Below, piece by piece: positions 1-14,605 of a stretch of 64,000 nucleotides of DNA. How positions within the stretch are numbered: position 1 is the stretch's first letter; every line of letters starts with the position of its first letter. The translations under genes were made by a program, and so were the position numbers. Source of the DNA: Paecilomyces variotii (lineage: Eukaryota); assembly GCA_004022145.1 (NCBI GenBank), contig RCNU01000003.1; one strand, 5' to 3'. The notes under the pieces are model-generated. The model saw only the letters and a program-made list of their open reading frames with translations. It was not told the origin of the DNA and ran no database searches.

Positions 1-897
1 CTAATAATAGAATAAGACTTAAAAGAGGCGGAAAATAATAATATAGAGGAATTTCTAGATTTATAATTTTATATAGTTTATTATACTAATATGTAAAAGG
101 TAGAATTAAATAATATCCCTTAGTTAATACCTATATTATATTAGTTAAAAAAGTCTTTACTAATTATAGAATAATTATAAACTATAATAAAACTAAATAA
201 TATAGATAAAAGATAATATGCTAAGTTTAAGAAAGAGGCCCTAAAATATATAGTCTAAGATAGGGTGCTTTTTTAGAAAATATAATAAAATTAGCCTTAT
301 TATATAATTATTAACAATAAGAAAAAGTAAAAAAAAATTCTTATAGCCCTTTATAAAGAGTATAGATATTATAAGTATAAAGCAACTTATTAAAAGGTAG
401 CTAATTAATATTAATAAAAAGGCCTATATAAATATATTGCTAAATAATTAAAGACATATAATAAGTATTAGAAAGTAAATAAAGAATATATAGAAGAAGC
501 TTTATAGTTAATATTTATTTTATTAAAGAGATTAAAGCTATATTTAAATATCTATAAGATTATACTACTTAGTAAGGGAAAGACTTATATTATTATATTT
601 TAGGATAACTTTAGCTAGATTAAATATAAAGCCCTTAATAGCTTTATTTTAAGAGCTATTGCTAAATTCTTATAAAAAGACTAGATTTATTATTAAAAAG
701 TAATAGAGACTCTTATTAATAATAAAGGACTAGAGAATAAAGTTATAGTTAATATATTAATATAGAAATATAAGATTAACTATATTAAAATCTTATTATA
801 TAACCTGCAAGTAAATAAAGTAGTTAAAGTTATATATAAGTCTTTTATATATAATATTAGAAAACTTATAAAAGGAATAAGAGTAAATTAAATAAAC

Positions 898-1108
898 TGT
901 AATATTGAGGTATTATATAATTTAAGCGACTAAGCGGGCGGCTTTCTTAATTAAGGGAACTAATCAGCTTAGCTAATTAGCCCGCTTATTTATATAATAG
1001 GGCTTAGCCTTATTAAAGAACTAATCTTGTAATCTTATAAAATATATAGATAGAAGATATACTTACTTAGATAAAAGAGGTATATAATCTTTTATAGATA
1101 AATTTATA
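898..1108 (+). repeat. 5' LTR of element B
   Basis: Direct repeat of 8440-8650; differences seen are transitions. Confidence 0.92.
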
Positions 1109-4100
1109 TCTAGTAGTATATTATATTAAAACTGCCTAAGTAGCGAATTTATAGAAAGATAATAGCTTAGGGCTATACTTTACTAATTAATTATAAGGGA
1201 TATAGTAAGAATTCCTATATTCTTAACTTATTTAAAGATTATATCTTGATTTATAACCCTAACTTATTTAATATAAAGTGCTTAAGGAAATAGTAACTAT
1301 AGAATAATAACCGCAATTTTAGTTATAGCTATAGCTATAATAGGTATAAGAGCTAGTATAGATAGCACTGCTAAGCCTAGAAATATATAAACTATTTTAG
1401 GGATTAGCCTTAGCTATACTTCCTAAATATTATAGCTAATTAGAATAGCTAGGTCTAAGGATAGCGGAGTAAATATAGGCATAATAAATATATATGCAGT
1501 AGGCATATATATTATAGAATAGAGGGAGCAAGCAATTAATATTATTGGCTGGCCTAAATGCTGCTACTCTAGCTAGTATAATATTACCTCTATTTGAAAA
1601 AAATAATAATTTAAACCTAGCTGCAGCAATAACCTATTATAAGGTATTTAAGCTAGTATATATTCTAGAATATAATAATTAGATTAAAAATAATGCGGTA
1701 TTAAGGTAGATTAATAAGATAGAATAGTATTTTAAAGATAAGAGAGATTTAATAGGCTGAGTAGCTACGGAGCGGCAGAAGGTAGTATTAGCCTAAGGTT
1801 ATTTATAAGGTAATATAGAGATTAAATAGTTGAACCTCTATATAAGAGCTGAGAAAGGAGAAATAACTAGTATTAATATACTATAAGAGTTCTAGAAGTA
1901 GCTTTTAGATAACTTTTAAGACTATAATAGTTAGAAGAAATATTAGAAATAATATAAAAACTATAAATAAGGGTCCCAGCCTTTCTAGGAATATATATTA
2001 ATATTATAAGAGATTATCCTATTATTAGATATTAACCTATTAGAAGAAGTAATCTTATAGAAGGTTATAAAGGATACTAAATTAAAACTATAGGCAGAAT
2101 AATATTAATATGAGAATAAACTAAAAATACTAAACTAAGTAATTATTTATTTTATATAATAGGAATAGGGCCTAGCAGTAATTTACCTAGAAGTAGGGGA
2201 ATATATAAACCCCCTAGCGAATAACTTAATAGACTTAAATACTGCTTAACTGGCAGCAGCTATTATAAGCCTAAACAGACTTAAGAAAAACTTACCTGCT
2301 TAGGGTCTATAATATAGGCAGAGGAATATATATTATAAATGCGGATAAATAGGGTATAGGCAGAGTAAATATTAAGTAGCTATATATAATAAGGCAATTA
2401 GGCTAGTTGCTACTAGATTAGAAAATATTAGGGGTTAATAAGCCTAGAAGCTCTTATTAATTACCTATATTAGGCTTCTTAATAGAAGGATATCTTAGAG
2501 ATATTAAATAATCTTAACCTAGAGAAAGGTAAGAGGAAGAAAGAAAGGGAGATAGTTATATAGGATATTAAATAACTTAACTAAAGAGGCTATTTATTCG
2601 CGCTAAATAAATTAATAAACCTCTTTTAAAGGCAAATTAGGCTATTTAAAAAGGCCTAAAGAATTTGAATTTTAATAGATTTAGGTATTAGCTATATATT
2701 TATAGTAAGACGGTTGCTTTAAAGAGTATAATTAGGAGAATATTAAGAAGAGGAATAACTCCTATAAATTAAATTTCTTAATAAAGGCTATATAATAGCT
2801 ACAGCAAGTAAATATTTTCTCTTATATATAGGGAGCTAGATAAAAAGGATTTATATATAGGAGATTAATACACAGGACTATAATTTAATCCTGGGGAGGA
2901 ACTAGCTAAGGAAGCATAACCCCTATATTAATTAGAGGAATTTAAGAATATAATTAAAGGATTAATAGGGCTAATAGCATTAGTTAGACCCTATTAATAT
3001 AAGATATAAGCTAGAATAAGTATTAGAGGCGGTATTAAATATTATATCTGCTGCTTAGATAATATAAGTCTTATATAAGAGCACTATAGAAGTATTATTA
3101 TAGCTAATTAGACTAGTAAGATTAAAAGAACTAGATAACCTAATTACTCCAGCAGAAATTATAAACCTTAAACTTTAAATATTATTAATAAAATATAAGA
3201 GTATGTTCTATACAGAATTACTACTTATATTATTACTTAATAGAGAATTTAAATATAAGATTAATATAGGGGAAGCGAAACTAGTAAATATTAACTCTTA
3301 CCTCTTATTATATAACTACTTTTAGGAGTTAAAGAAATAGCTAGAAGAGCTAATTGCTAAGGGATTAATATAGCCTTTAGCTAGCCCTTAGGGATTTCTT
3401 ATTCTTTTTATTAAGAAAAAAGGGGGAGAATAAAGAATATATATTAATTATTAGGCCCTAAATAAGCTATTAGTCTAGAATAGATATCCCTTGCCTTAAA
3501 TCTAGGAGCTTCTTAACACAATTAGGTTGGCAAAATACCTTACTAAGATTAACTTATTATTAGGGTATTAGTAAGTTTAAATAGGTAAAAATATAATTCT
3601 AAAAATAGCCTTTAATATAATCTTTAAAAAGTTTAAATAGTTAATAATATTATTTAGTCTTATAAATATCCTAGCAATGTTTTAGACTATAATAAACTCT
3701 ATTTTATATAAATATTTCGGCAAAATATATATAGTATACCTAGATAATATCCTAGTATTCTTAGATATAAGGGAAGAGTATTATTAGTATATTAAGAATA
3801 TCTTGCGGACCTTGTAAGAGAATTAGCTATATATTAAACTAATTAAGTATATCTTTATAATACTTAAACTAGAATTCTATAAATATATTATTAGAAGGAG
3901 ATATATTTATCTTATACTAGATAAGGTAGAAGCTATTATTAAGTAGCCTTAATTAAAGAATATATATAAAGTTTAATAATTTTTAGGACTGGCTACCTAT
4001 TATTAATAGTTTATATAATACTTTTTATAAATAATAGCTTTATTATTAGACCTATTAAAGGAGGCTAATAAAATAATTTAAAAGAAAAAGTTCCGCCTAA

Positions 4101-7100
4101 TTATATAGAATATTATATATAAAGCGGCCTTTCTATAGATCTAATCTATATTAGTATTATAATTAATATTTATATAACTAAACTAAGAGAAGCTATTTAT
4201 TATTAAAATAGACGCGTTAGAGTAGGCGATTAGGTATATATTTATATAAAGAGATAAGGAGAATTAACTATACTCTATTATATATAATAGCCGCAAATTA
4301 AATAGTGCAGAATTAAACTATTCTATTTATAAGAAAGAACTTTTAGCTATTAAATATATATTATAACTATAGGATTAGTATATTAATAATAGAATAATAA
4401 TAATAGTGCTTACTAACTATAAGAGCCTATAATATCTTTAGTCTATAAAGGTATATTTAAAATAACTAGTATAATAGGTATTAGAATTTTAAGAATATAC
4501 TCTTAATATTTAGTATAGGAAGGGATTAGAGGCTATTATCTTAGACGCTATTAGTTAGTGCCCTAACTTTATAAAGGATCGGCCTGCAAATATTACAGAT
4601 ATAATAATATTATTATCTGCTATATATAGGGCATTTAAAAAAGAATAAATAGAGGTAATAATTATATTCTAGAAGTATAGTATAATCCTAATAGATAATT
4701 AGTTGGCCTAATTAATTATAGAGAATAGCCTTAAATTTAAGGTAGCTATATAGGATATAGATAATGTACTTATCTACATCTATAATAATAGGGAGATAGT
4801 ACTATACTTAGAACTATTATTTTATTATAACTTAGTATACTAGATATATAAAGAATTTAGGCATTTAGGTTACCTAAAGCTAGAAGGTATTCTCTATATA
4901 TAGGCCTAGTAGCCCGGTATACAGAAGAATATATAAGAATATATAGCTATTTACCTAAACTGCTAGATTATATAGTAGCCTTAGCTAGTATTAGAATAGA
5001 AAAAAGTATAGCACTAGGTATAGCTAGATATATGCCTGTTTAAGTAATAGGGAATAGACCTAGTCAGGCGGTTGCTAATAATACTAAATAGAAACTGTTA
5101 GATTATTATAGTAATTAATTATGCTATAGGCTAGCTAGTAGTAAGAGCTATCTTAGACGCAATAGAGGAGATAATTATAAGATTCTTATATAATAAAATC
5201 TATATTAATTATAGAGTACTACAGGAACTTCTTATAAATAATAGATATAATCTGCTTGCGGGAGTAATATAGTATTATTTAAGGCTAATTAGGATACAGC
5301 ACTAGATAATAATATTATAGCACCTATATATAAATAGGAAGATTAAGAATTTAAATAGTATATTTAGATAGATACTAACTAAGTATTTATTAGGAAAACC
5401 TATATATTTATAAGATAAGTACTTATTGCAAGTATTATTTATAACCCAAATTTAGTATTACTTTATCTTAAAGGTAAGCCTCTTCTACCTAATATATAAG
5501 GTCTAACTAAGGATATTTAATAACCTAATTAAGGATAATAGAGACTGCCTAGCTATAGACTATAATAAGAGGCTAGTAAAAGTAAACTATATCTAGTTAT
5601 TAGCAAATAAGAAACTCCTAAACTAGGCGATATATATATAATATATTAAAGATAAGGCCGTTACCCTAACTAGATTTTAGGAGAGAATATAAATGCTAGT
5701 TAGAAATAAGATATACTAGAAATTATAATATAACTAGTTTAAACCCTATTAGGTCCTAAAGCAATACCCCCTAAAGATATATGCTCTTAAGGAGCTGAGA
5801 GAATATATCTTATATAATCTGATTAATAGATCGCAGCTAGTAAAAGTAAAGGTCGATAAACTAGAAAAATTATAGATATTATTGGCTTATAACCGGGCAC
5901 TTACTAGGAAGAGATAATATATCTATTAACTGATTAAGGTCTGTAATATTATTAATATAGTAGAACTCGCTTTATTATTATACTTAGAATTATTAATAAT
6001 AATATGCGCAGAATAGGATAAATAAGAATATATAGAAGTATACTTATATAAGGCAGGGGAGGAAAATAAAGTTATTGATAAAGTCTTATAGAAGTTAAAC
6101 TATATTAAGAAAGATTAATAAATACCTTATTAGCTTTATCAGAAACCTCGACATATATAAATATTTAAAATAGACTTAGATATAATTAAGAAAGACTTAG
6201 ATTAAGAATTAACTGCCTCCTTAGAGGCACCTACTTAAATAATATAATTAGAGGATAAAAAAGCAATTAATATATATTAGGATATAATTCTAACTAATTA
6301 GACCTTTATAATAATAATTAACTGCTCTAGGTAAAGAAAGAAAAGACTTATTAATAGTAGACTATATTAACGGAGGGCTGTATAATAAAGAGGGTAAAAA
6401 AAAGGAATTAAGTAATAGGATTATATTATTATAAACTAGAAAACTACTTATATATAGTATTAAAGGAATAAAACTAATTAGTCTATTTAAAACACTAACC
6501 TGAATAGTAAAAAGATATAACTGATTAAGATAAAGATTACTAGGATAACTAAACTAGAAGAGAACTAAGGAGATTATAACTAGCAATTATGCACATAGCC
6601 CAGTTTTATAAGTATTAATAATACTATTAAGGTAGGAAGTAAACTTTATAAGCTTAATATAAAAAGCGATTAATTCTGTAAAAATCTAATTAGCGACTTA
6701 AATTATAAAGTTTTAATAAGTATAATAAGTTAGAGTAGTCTATATAATTAAGGGACTGGCCTAATTAGCAATATATAAAGAGCTAGTATAATTAGAAGTA
6801 TAATTAGCTAATATTTAGGCTAAGAGGTAATCTAAATTAGACTTACTAGATAGGTAATAAATATAATATAATAAAGCCCCTAAACGGCCCTTATAATTAG
6901 ACTCTAGTTTAAGCGCTTTAGAATAGATAAATAGAATAATTTTAATATCTTTAATCTCTATTGCGTTATTATCTTTAGTATTAAAAATATTATTAGCATA
7001 ATTAAGGAGTAGAGCGAAGTAATTATTAAAGCGGCTTAAGGTAGAGAGAGTATTAATAATAGTTCCTAAATTATTAAGACTAATTAAGTTAACTAAAAAG

Positions 7101-8439
7101 AAAAGAAGAGACTTATTAATACTATAATATTAATAGTTACTTATTTATATATAATTAGCGCAGGTATAATTAATAATATCGCCTAGTATTATATATTTAT
7201 TAAAAGGGCTAAGGCCCTAGTAGTAGTATATATATTAAGGCAGTTATATATTACTATACAACTAGATTAAGGTAGCTAGGATATAGTAATTATTAGAAGC
7301 AGTATCTTATATATAGAGTAAGTTATTACTATCTAGGTATTATAAAATGCTATATTTTATATATATAGCTAATAACTCGCGATATAAATTACCTATAATT
7401 AGTAGGTTTATAAGAATTACCGGGTTATAGAGAGCCTTAAGGTTATAATATTGTAAGAGAGTGCTGCTAGCAGGATTAGCTAGAATAGTTATATATTTAA
7501 TTAAGAGAGAGTTAGTCTAATTAATGCGAGGATAAATAGGGGTTAAGTTAAGACTAGGGTTAGAATCGCGATAAGTAGTATACCTAATTAGCTAAGCTAA
7601 ATAAAGAATATAAGGTAATTAGGATAAAGTTATATTAGAGATCTAATAAATAATATAAGTACTAGTTATAAATATAGGCTAATTAGCGAGTAGATTAGCG
7701 GGAAGACTATTAAAGAGGGTATATAGAGTATTTAGTCTGCTTAAGGCGCAATAAAATAAAGATATTAGATTATTTTCTAAGGGAATAAAAGGGCTGCTTA
7801 AGGCTATATTATAATAAGAGATTATATAATAGTTATAACCCTAGTTGCGGGAAGAGATATAATAAGATATTAAGACTATAATAAATAAATAAGTAATAGG
7901 AATAAAGATAATTAAGGTATATAATATATAGGAAGCAGAGGGGAAGTAAAGGTTAAGAGATAAATAGATAACCTAAATAGATATAAGGAGAATAATAAAT
8001 AGAGAAGAAGAAGACTATAATAATAGAAGATATAAATAATATATATTCTTAATTATTATAGCAGATTATCCCCTAGGCCTTAACTGCTTAGCAGAGACCC
8101 TTATCTAATTATATTGCCCGATTAGAACTAATAAATAAGGGCTAAGATTAAAACAAAGAATAGCCCAGCTTAATAAGATATATATAATAATAATAAGTAT
8201 TGAGCAATAAACTCTATAGTTACTAATTTTATATACTAAGATAATAATTAGCTATTATTAGGGGGGATAATTAACTACTACTTAATTGGAGAATATACTA
8301 TAATATAGCCTAAGCTCTTAGATTATAAGTAATTAGAGGATTAGCAGTAAGACACTGTATTAATAGATATAATTAGTCTAAGGGGGACTTATAGACGCAA
8401 GGATTATAGACAATCCTAGTTAAGTCTAATAGGGGAGGA

Positions 8440-8650
8440 TATAATATTAAAATATTATATAATCTAAGCGACTAAGCAGGCGGCCTTCTTAATTAAGGGA
8501 ATTAATTAGCTTAGCTAATTGGCCCGCTTATTTGCATAATAGGGCCTAGCCTTATTAAAGAACTAATCTTATAATCCTATAGGATATATAGATAGGAAGT
8601 ATACCTACTTAGATAAAAGAGGCATATAATCCTTTACAGATAAATTTACA
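8440..8650 (+). repeat. 3' LTR of element B
   Basis: Follows the polypurine tract, ends TTTACA, matches 898-1108. Confidence 0.92.
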
Positions 8651-11600
8651 AGACTATCTATTAGCAGTAATCTAAGCAGATAAGAATATAGTTAAGACCT
8701 TTATAAGCTTAATACTATTTAGAGTAATTATAGGATATAATGCTATATTACTAATTAAACTAGAAGTATTTATCTAGAAGACTTTAATATAAGATAAGGT
8801 TAAGACTATAGAAGATCTTCTACTCCTTTATATATAATAAATAGAGCTCTAAGATTAGGATATAGAAGAGGCCTAACTTTATATTTAATATATAAGAGAA
8901 GCTAGTAAAGAAGTTTTTAATAATAAAAAATAGCTCTGTAAAAAATAACTAATAGAAAGATAGTTTATTCTGCTTTATAATATAAAGCTTAAGATATCTT
9001 ATTTTATAAAACTAGTATACTACTAGCTTAAATTATATAAGATTAAAAAAGTCTTTAAGAAAGAATCCTATAAGCTTAAGGAATTAGATAATATACTTTT
9101 TAGGGACCTAATTTATAAGAATTGCTTAAAAGGCTATTATTTATAAGAGGACTAAAATAAAATATTAACTATAAATAATAATATAGTATTTAAGTAAGAA
9201 AATTAATAGCTGAGTAATAATAATAATAATATAGACTAAATATTATTTAGATCAGAATATATAGTTATTATTCTAGCACTCTTTTTTTAAAAATATTAGC
9301 TTAGAAGAAGAGAAGCAGAAAGCTAGTAATAAAATAAGATAAGGAGTTAGTTTAGAAGGAGAAGAAATAGAAGAATAATAATAAAATAAGTATTAGTACT
9401 ATAATAAGAAAAGAAGGAGGATAAATTTAAAATAAGAGTATCTTTTTAGGGGAGAGGAAGGATTTAAAGATACCTAATAATAATTAAGAAAGAAAAAAAA
9501 GAGAGATAACTAAAAAATATATGATATTAGCTTAAATACCTTAAAAAAGTCTATAAATAAAGCTAAAAATAAAAAATATTAGATAAAGAATATAAATAAT
9601 AAATAAAGAATTCTTACTTTATTATAAAAATCTTACTTTTTATATTATATAATACTATAGTAAAAGTAACTAAAGACTAAATTAAGCTAAACTTAACCCT
9701 ATCTTACCTTTTAAATATATCTTTTTATTTAGAAACTATTTTAAAGAATTATTTTATAAAGATATATATTAAAAATAAAAGAAAATATATTAAAAATATA
9801 AAATATTATCTATTAGGATAAAGCTCTTTAACTTAGAATATATATATATACTATAGTTAGCAAAATTTATAAGCTTATAAAGAAGATAATAAATAAGGCT
9901 AATAATAAAGAAGAAAAGGTTTAGTTTATAAGCAATATAGTAATAATTATTTTAAATTTTTAAAGCAGATATAATAAAATAGCTAATAATTTTTATAATT
10001 TCCTAAACTAATAGGAGCTATTAAAAAAAGTAAGAAAAAAAAATATTAGCTATTAATAAGCTAAAAAAATTAAAAATATAAGCAGAAAAGAACTATAAAT
10101 ATACTAATAAAGGTTATTATAAAGCTATAGAGAAATAAGGCTAGGAGATTATAGACTAAGTCTTATTAATTATTAAAAAATTATATTAGACCTTAATAGC
10201 TATAGGAGGATTAGCTTCTAATATTAGAGATTAGAAAATAGCGGCTATATATTTAGCAAGAATATAGATTAATAGACTTTATAATATTAAGAGATAAAGA
10301 ATACTAATTAAAAAGAGTCTTCAACTAATTAATATTAGAAAGATAAGAGATATTTTAAAAAAAGCCCTTAATAAAAAAGGACTAATTTTTTAAAAGCCTA
10401 TTAATAAAGAGCTATAAGAGATTAAAATAAGAGTAAGGGAGAATAATCTTTTAAAAGAGATTATAAGAGAAAAGAAAGAATATTAAATAAAAGATTTAGA
10501 TAAGAGCTTATTAGTAAATCTAATATTAGATAAAAGAGAGAAAAATATAGAAGAGAAGAAAAAAAGAAAAAAGAGAATTAAAAGTTCTAAGAAGCTAAAA
10601 AGGGAAAAAAAGCTTAAAACTTAAGATAAGGAGAAATAGCCAGAAAAAGGATATAAATATAAGATTAATATATTTATATTAATAAAAAAAGCCATTACTA
10701 ATCTAAAAGGTAAAAAAATATTAAAATTTTTAAGGAAAAAAAGGATTAAACCTGCCGCTATATACTAAATTTATATTAAAAAAATATAAAGTATAATAGA
10801 ACTAAGGAATATAGAAGATAATATCTTTAAAAAAAGATTAAAAACACTTATAAATAGTAATAATAATCTTAAATTCTAAAATACTAATATAGACTATTAG
10901 AAATAGTTTTAATAGGGATAGAGATTTAATATTAATCTTAAGGATTATTACTATCTAGATAAGGGGGAAACTAAAGTATAAATCTAGCTAAATAGACTAA
11001 ATATAAATATTAAAGAGGTTAAAGAAGTCTTATAATAGGTTAATTCTAGGAAAATTAACTTAATCTATAAGCCTTATATATAATTATTGGCTAATATAAT
11101 TAATATAAGGGAGAATATATTTATAAAAAAAGCTAGAGGGATATTAAAAATAATTAGAAATATAAAACTGGCGGTAATAAAGTAATAGAAAAAAAAACTA
11201 TTTAAAATAATAACCTATCCTTATAGAAGTTTATTTAAAGAAACTAAATAATTTATAAATAAAACTTCTAAAGGTAAATAAGTAATAAAACCTCCTAATA
11301 AAGCCTTAAGAATTAATATAAAAACTTTTTTTTCTATAATAAATTTAGAAGATCCCTTTATTAAAAAAGAAATTAAATACCTAAAAGATATATAGAATAT
11401 TAGAACTATATAATTTAAAGATAATATAAAGGCTAAGCAGATATTAGGTATACCCAGCAATAGCTAGGTTAAAAAAAGAATAAAGAGTCTTATTCTAAGA
11501 AGTCTTAAAAGTATAGAAGATAGAGATAATATAAAAGTTAAAGAATCCTTATCTAAAGACCTTCTCCTTAAGAAATCTCTAATATTAGGAATAGTTCAAC

Positions 11601-12655
11601 TATTTAGAGATTTTAAGTTAATTAATATAGATACTTCTAGTAATATACCTAATAGCTTATATTATAAAGCCTAAGATAATCTATATAGGGCTAAAAAATA
11701 TCTTAAATCTAAATATAGAGACAAAAAATATTTTAACCTAAATAAAGAAGACTTTACCTTAAATAAGATATAAGACTAATATATCTAGTTAGGTATTATA
11801 ATAAGGAAGGACTTTAATTATTAGGAAGTAAATAGGGTTTTTTAAATTATACCCTTTAAAGAGAAACTAATAAAAGGAATATTATAATATACTATTATAA
11901 AAGCAAAAATAGCTCTTTATTATAAAAAAGAGAGTAAAAGATTAATAAGGCTTAAAAACTTATCTAGGAGTATTCTCTAGAAGGTTATTTTATAGGATAT
12001 TTAGGTCTATTTAATCTAGTTAGCGCTATATAGTTATAGTAAATATAGGCTATAGGTCTAGTATCTTAAGGGATATAAACTAAAAATATTAAATATAGAG
12101 ACTGCTATCTTTAAGGAAAGAATAAGCTAGAGCTTTATAACTCTAAAAACTAGACTAATTACTAAAAATAAGTCTGAGGAAATTATAGGCCTAAGAGATA
12201 TTATACTTAAGTAAGGAAAAGTAACCTTTATTAATAATCTGTATTAACTAATATTAGAGAATTAAGGAATAAGTTTTAATAATATTTATTGTTTTAATTA
12301 TAGGGAGCAAGATAAGATAAGATCTAATTAAAGAGGATCTGGGCCTTTTAATATCTAGGTAAATAAAGTTATAGTTATAGATAGAGCAATACTTAGTTAA
12401 TTAAATTAAGATTATTTAGAAGTTAAAGCAGAGCTATACTTTATATTAAAATAAAATATATTATTAGTTTAAGATTATCTATAGAGGAAAGGAATTTAGC
12501 TTTATAAATTAGGGGTTTTAAAGTATATATAATACTAAAAACTAGAGCGTTCCTGCTTTAGAAATAATTTATAATATTAGAAGGAGGAGATAGTATAGAC
12601 TATAATAACTAAGGAAGATAAATAGAGGTATCTGCTCTTAGAGGAGGGGAGGCTA

Positions 12656-12993
12656 TATAGTAGGGAGGATTAGTATAAAGAATGTAATTAGTTAAGAGAT
12701 TATGTGCTTTTATTTAAAGTCTTTAAAAAATCTATAAATAAAGTAAGAAAGGAAAAAAAACAGAGAGAGATAATATCTTTTAATTATTTAGAATAAAATA
12801 ATTAGCTTTTTTTTTTATTATTATTTAGTATTAGTTTAGTATTAGATTATTATTAGTTTATTATATTAGTTTATAGCTAAAGCTTTTTCTTTAGCTCTGC
12901 TCTAAGCTCTAAAGCTAAATACCCTTCTTTTCTTTCTTAATACCTACTCGCTTAAAGACTTTATACTAAGTCTTAATATGTCTTCCTATAATA
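12656..12993 (+). repeat. LTR family E copy 1 (3' LTR of a plus-strand element)
   Basis: Preceded by PPT AGAGGAGGGGAGG (~12640-12652). It is the reverse complement of 13384-13724 and 14265-14605. Confidence 0.85.
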
Positions 12994-14264
12994 CTATAAG
13001 TATTAGCTTAATTTACTTAAAGTTATTAGTACTTCTAATATAGCTTAATATTTTTAATTATATTTTTTTAGATTCTTAGAGCTATTATATTTTATATTTT
13101 TAAACTTTTTTAGCTATTAAATATTATATTTCTTTTAGTGCTTATTATAATAAGTATATTCTTATTTAATTGCTTTTACTAGTTTTAGGTAGTTCTTTTC
13201 TTTATATTTAAGTTAAGTATTTATTTATAATAATATTAATAGGCTATAATAGTCTATAAACTATTTAGTTTTTTCTTTTTTTAGAAGTTAATTTACCTTA
13301 TATAGCTTTTTAAAAAGCCTTAAATAATAAATAATATTATTCTCTTTAAAATATAATATCTTAAGATTTTTAGGTATTAGTATTGTTGTAAGAAGATATA
13401 TTAAGACTTAGCATAGAGTCTTTAAGCGAGTAGGTATTAAGAAGGAAGAGAAGAGTATTTAGCTTCAGAGCTTAGAGTAGAGCTAGAGGAGAAGCTCTAG
13501 CTGTAAACTAATATAATAACCCAATAATAATCTAATATTAAACTGATACTGAACAATAATAGAAAGGAAAAGCTGATTATTTTATTTTAAATAACTAAAA
13601 GGTATTATCTTTTTCTTGTCTCTTTTTCTTCTCCTGCCTTACTTATAGACTTTTTAAAGACTTTAAGTAAAAGTATATAACCTCTTGACTAATTACATTC
13701 TTTATACCGATCCTCCTTACTATAGTATTTATAGAGTTAATATAACTTAGATTAGCTATATTATTAATAGTCTTGTGTTTTTAAATGCTTAAGCTATTTA
13801 TATCTCTAGATTTAGTAATATTAAGGAGCTAAAAGTCTTTCTATCTTAACTAATACTAAAAAGATTAATACTTTTCTCTATATTTTTTTAAAAAAATAGT
13901 AATAAAGATAATAATAAGAAATTCTTCTACTTTTTAATAAATAGTTCTTATTTAGTAATTTTTTATTTCTTTTAAATTTTTGCTTTTTTTTTATATTTGC
14001 TGAGCTCTTTCTTATATTTAGTAGTTTTTTTTTCTTATTATTAATGTGTATTTTTGCCTTATATTATATTTATTGTCTCTGTTAATTTAAGAGATATATT
14101 TATTTTTTTTTATTTATAATAGTAATCTTTTTTAATTATTTTATTTATCTTTTTATTATTTTTTATTCTTTTTCTTAATTTTAGCCTTAATCTTAGTTTT
14201 TAGTTTTTTTTTTCTCTTTTATTTTTGTTTAATATTTTAATATCTTTTATATTTAGCTCTAATT
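12994..14264 (-). pseudogene. gag-like remnant of an older minus-strand retroelement (F), split by solo LTR E2
   Basis: Minus strand ~13360-13245 de-RIPs to F.G.NI..YL..FEKLC..N.L...EK..RF.DYC, resembling fungal Ty3 Gag N-terminal regions. Confidence 0.45.
13384..13724 (-). repeat. LTR family E copy 2, solo LTR
   Basis: Inverted copy of 12656-12993. Starts TGTTGTA on +. Flanked on both sides by GTAT (13380-13383, 13725-13728). Confidence 0.85.
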
Positions 14265-14605
14265 TATTATAAGAAGATATATTAAGACTTAGTATAAAGT
14301 CTTTAAGTAAGTAGATATTAAGAAGAAAGAGAAGGGTATTTAGCTTTAGAGCTTAGAGTAGAGCTAGAAGAGAAGCTCTAATTATAAACTAATATAGTAA
14401 ACTAATAATAATCCGATATTAAACTAATATTAAACAATAATAAAAAAGAAAAGCTAATTATTTTATTCTAAATAATTAAAAGAGTATATACTTTTTACTA
14501 TTCTTCTTCCTCTCCTGCTTTATTTATAGACTTTTTAAAGACTTTAAGTAAAAGCATATAACCTCTTAACTAATTATATTCTTTACACTAATCCTCTCTA
14601 CTATA
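14265..14605 (-). repeat. LTR family E copy 3, probable solo LTR
   Basis: Direct repeat of copy 2. Flanks TAATT / TAACT may be a RIP-altered TSD. Confidence 0.8.

Larger units (their letters stand above)
898..8650 (+). mobile_element. Full-length RIP-inactivated Ty3/Gypsy LTR retrotransposon B (~7.75 kb)
   Basis: 211-bp direct LTRs (898-1108, 8440-8650) with TGT...ACA ends. PPT AGGGGAGGA at 8431-8439. 4-bp TSD AAAC/AGAC (one G>A). De-RIPed motifs: CCHC knuckle ~2331-2372, RT SPWGFP.LF.KKKGGEWR.C.DYRALN ~3383-3462 and VYLDDILVF ~3734-3760, RNase H ETDAS ~4205, integrase GIDLVG ~5052. Confidence 0.93.
1..9463 (+). mobile_element. Ty3/Gypsy element A, 3' pol (integrase) remnant, interrupted by element B
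   Basis: ~349-470 de-RIPs to an integrase HHCC region (LH..GH.G..ATY.KVA.RYWW...C..CQ). The integrase frame breaks at 897 and resumes at ~8655 (YL.AVIWAD...VKTS.GL.PF). Purine tract GGGGAGAGGAAGG at ~9449-9461. Right end uncertain; may continue to the LTR at 12656. Confidence 0.75.

Noticed and set aside
13384..14605. E3-spacer-E2 as a TRIM-like mini-retroelement
   Set aside because: No PPT before E2, no TSD around the pair, and E2 has its own TSD.
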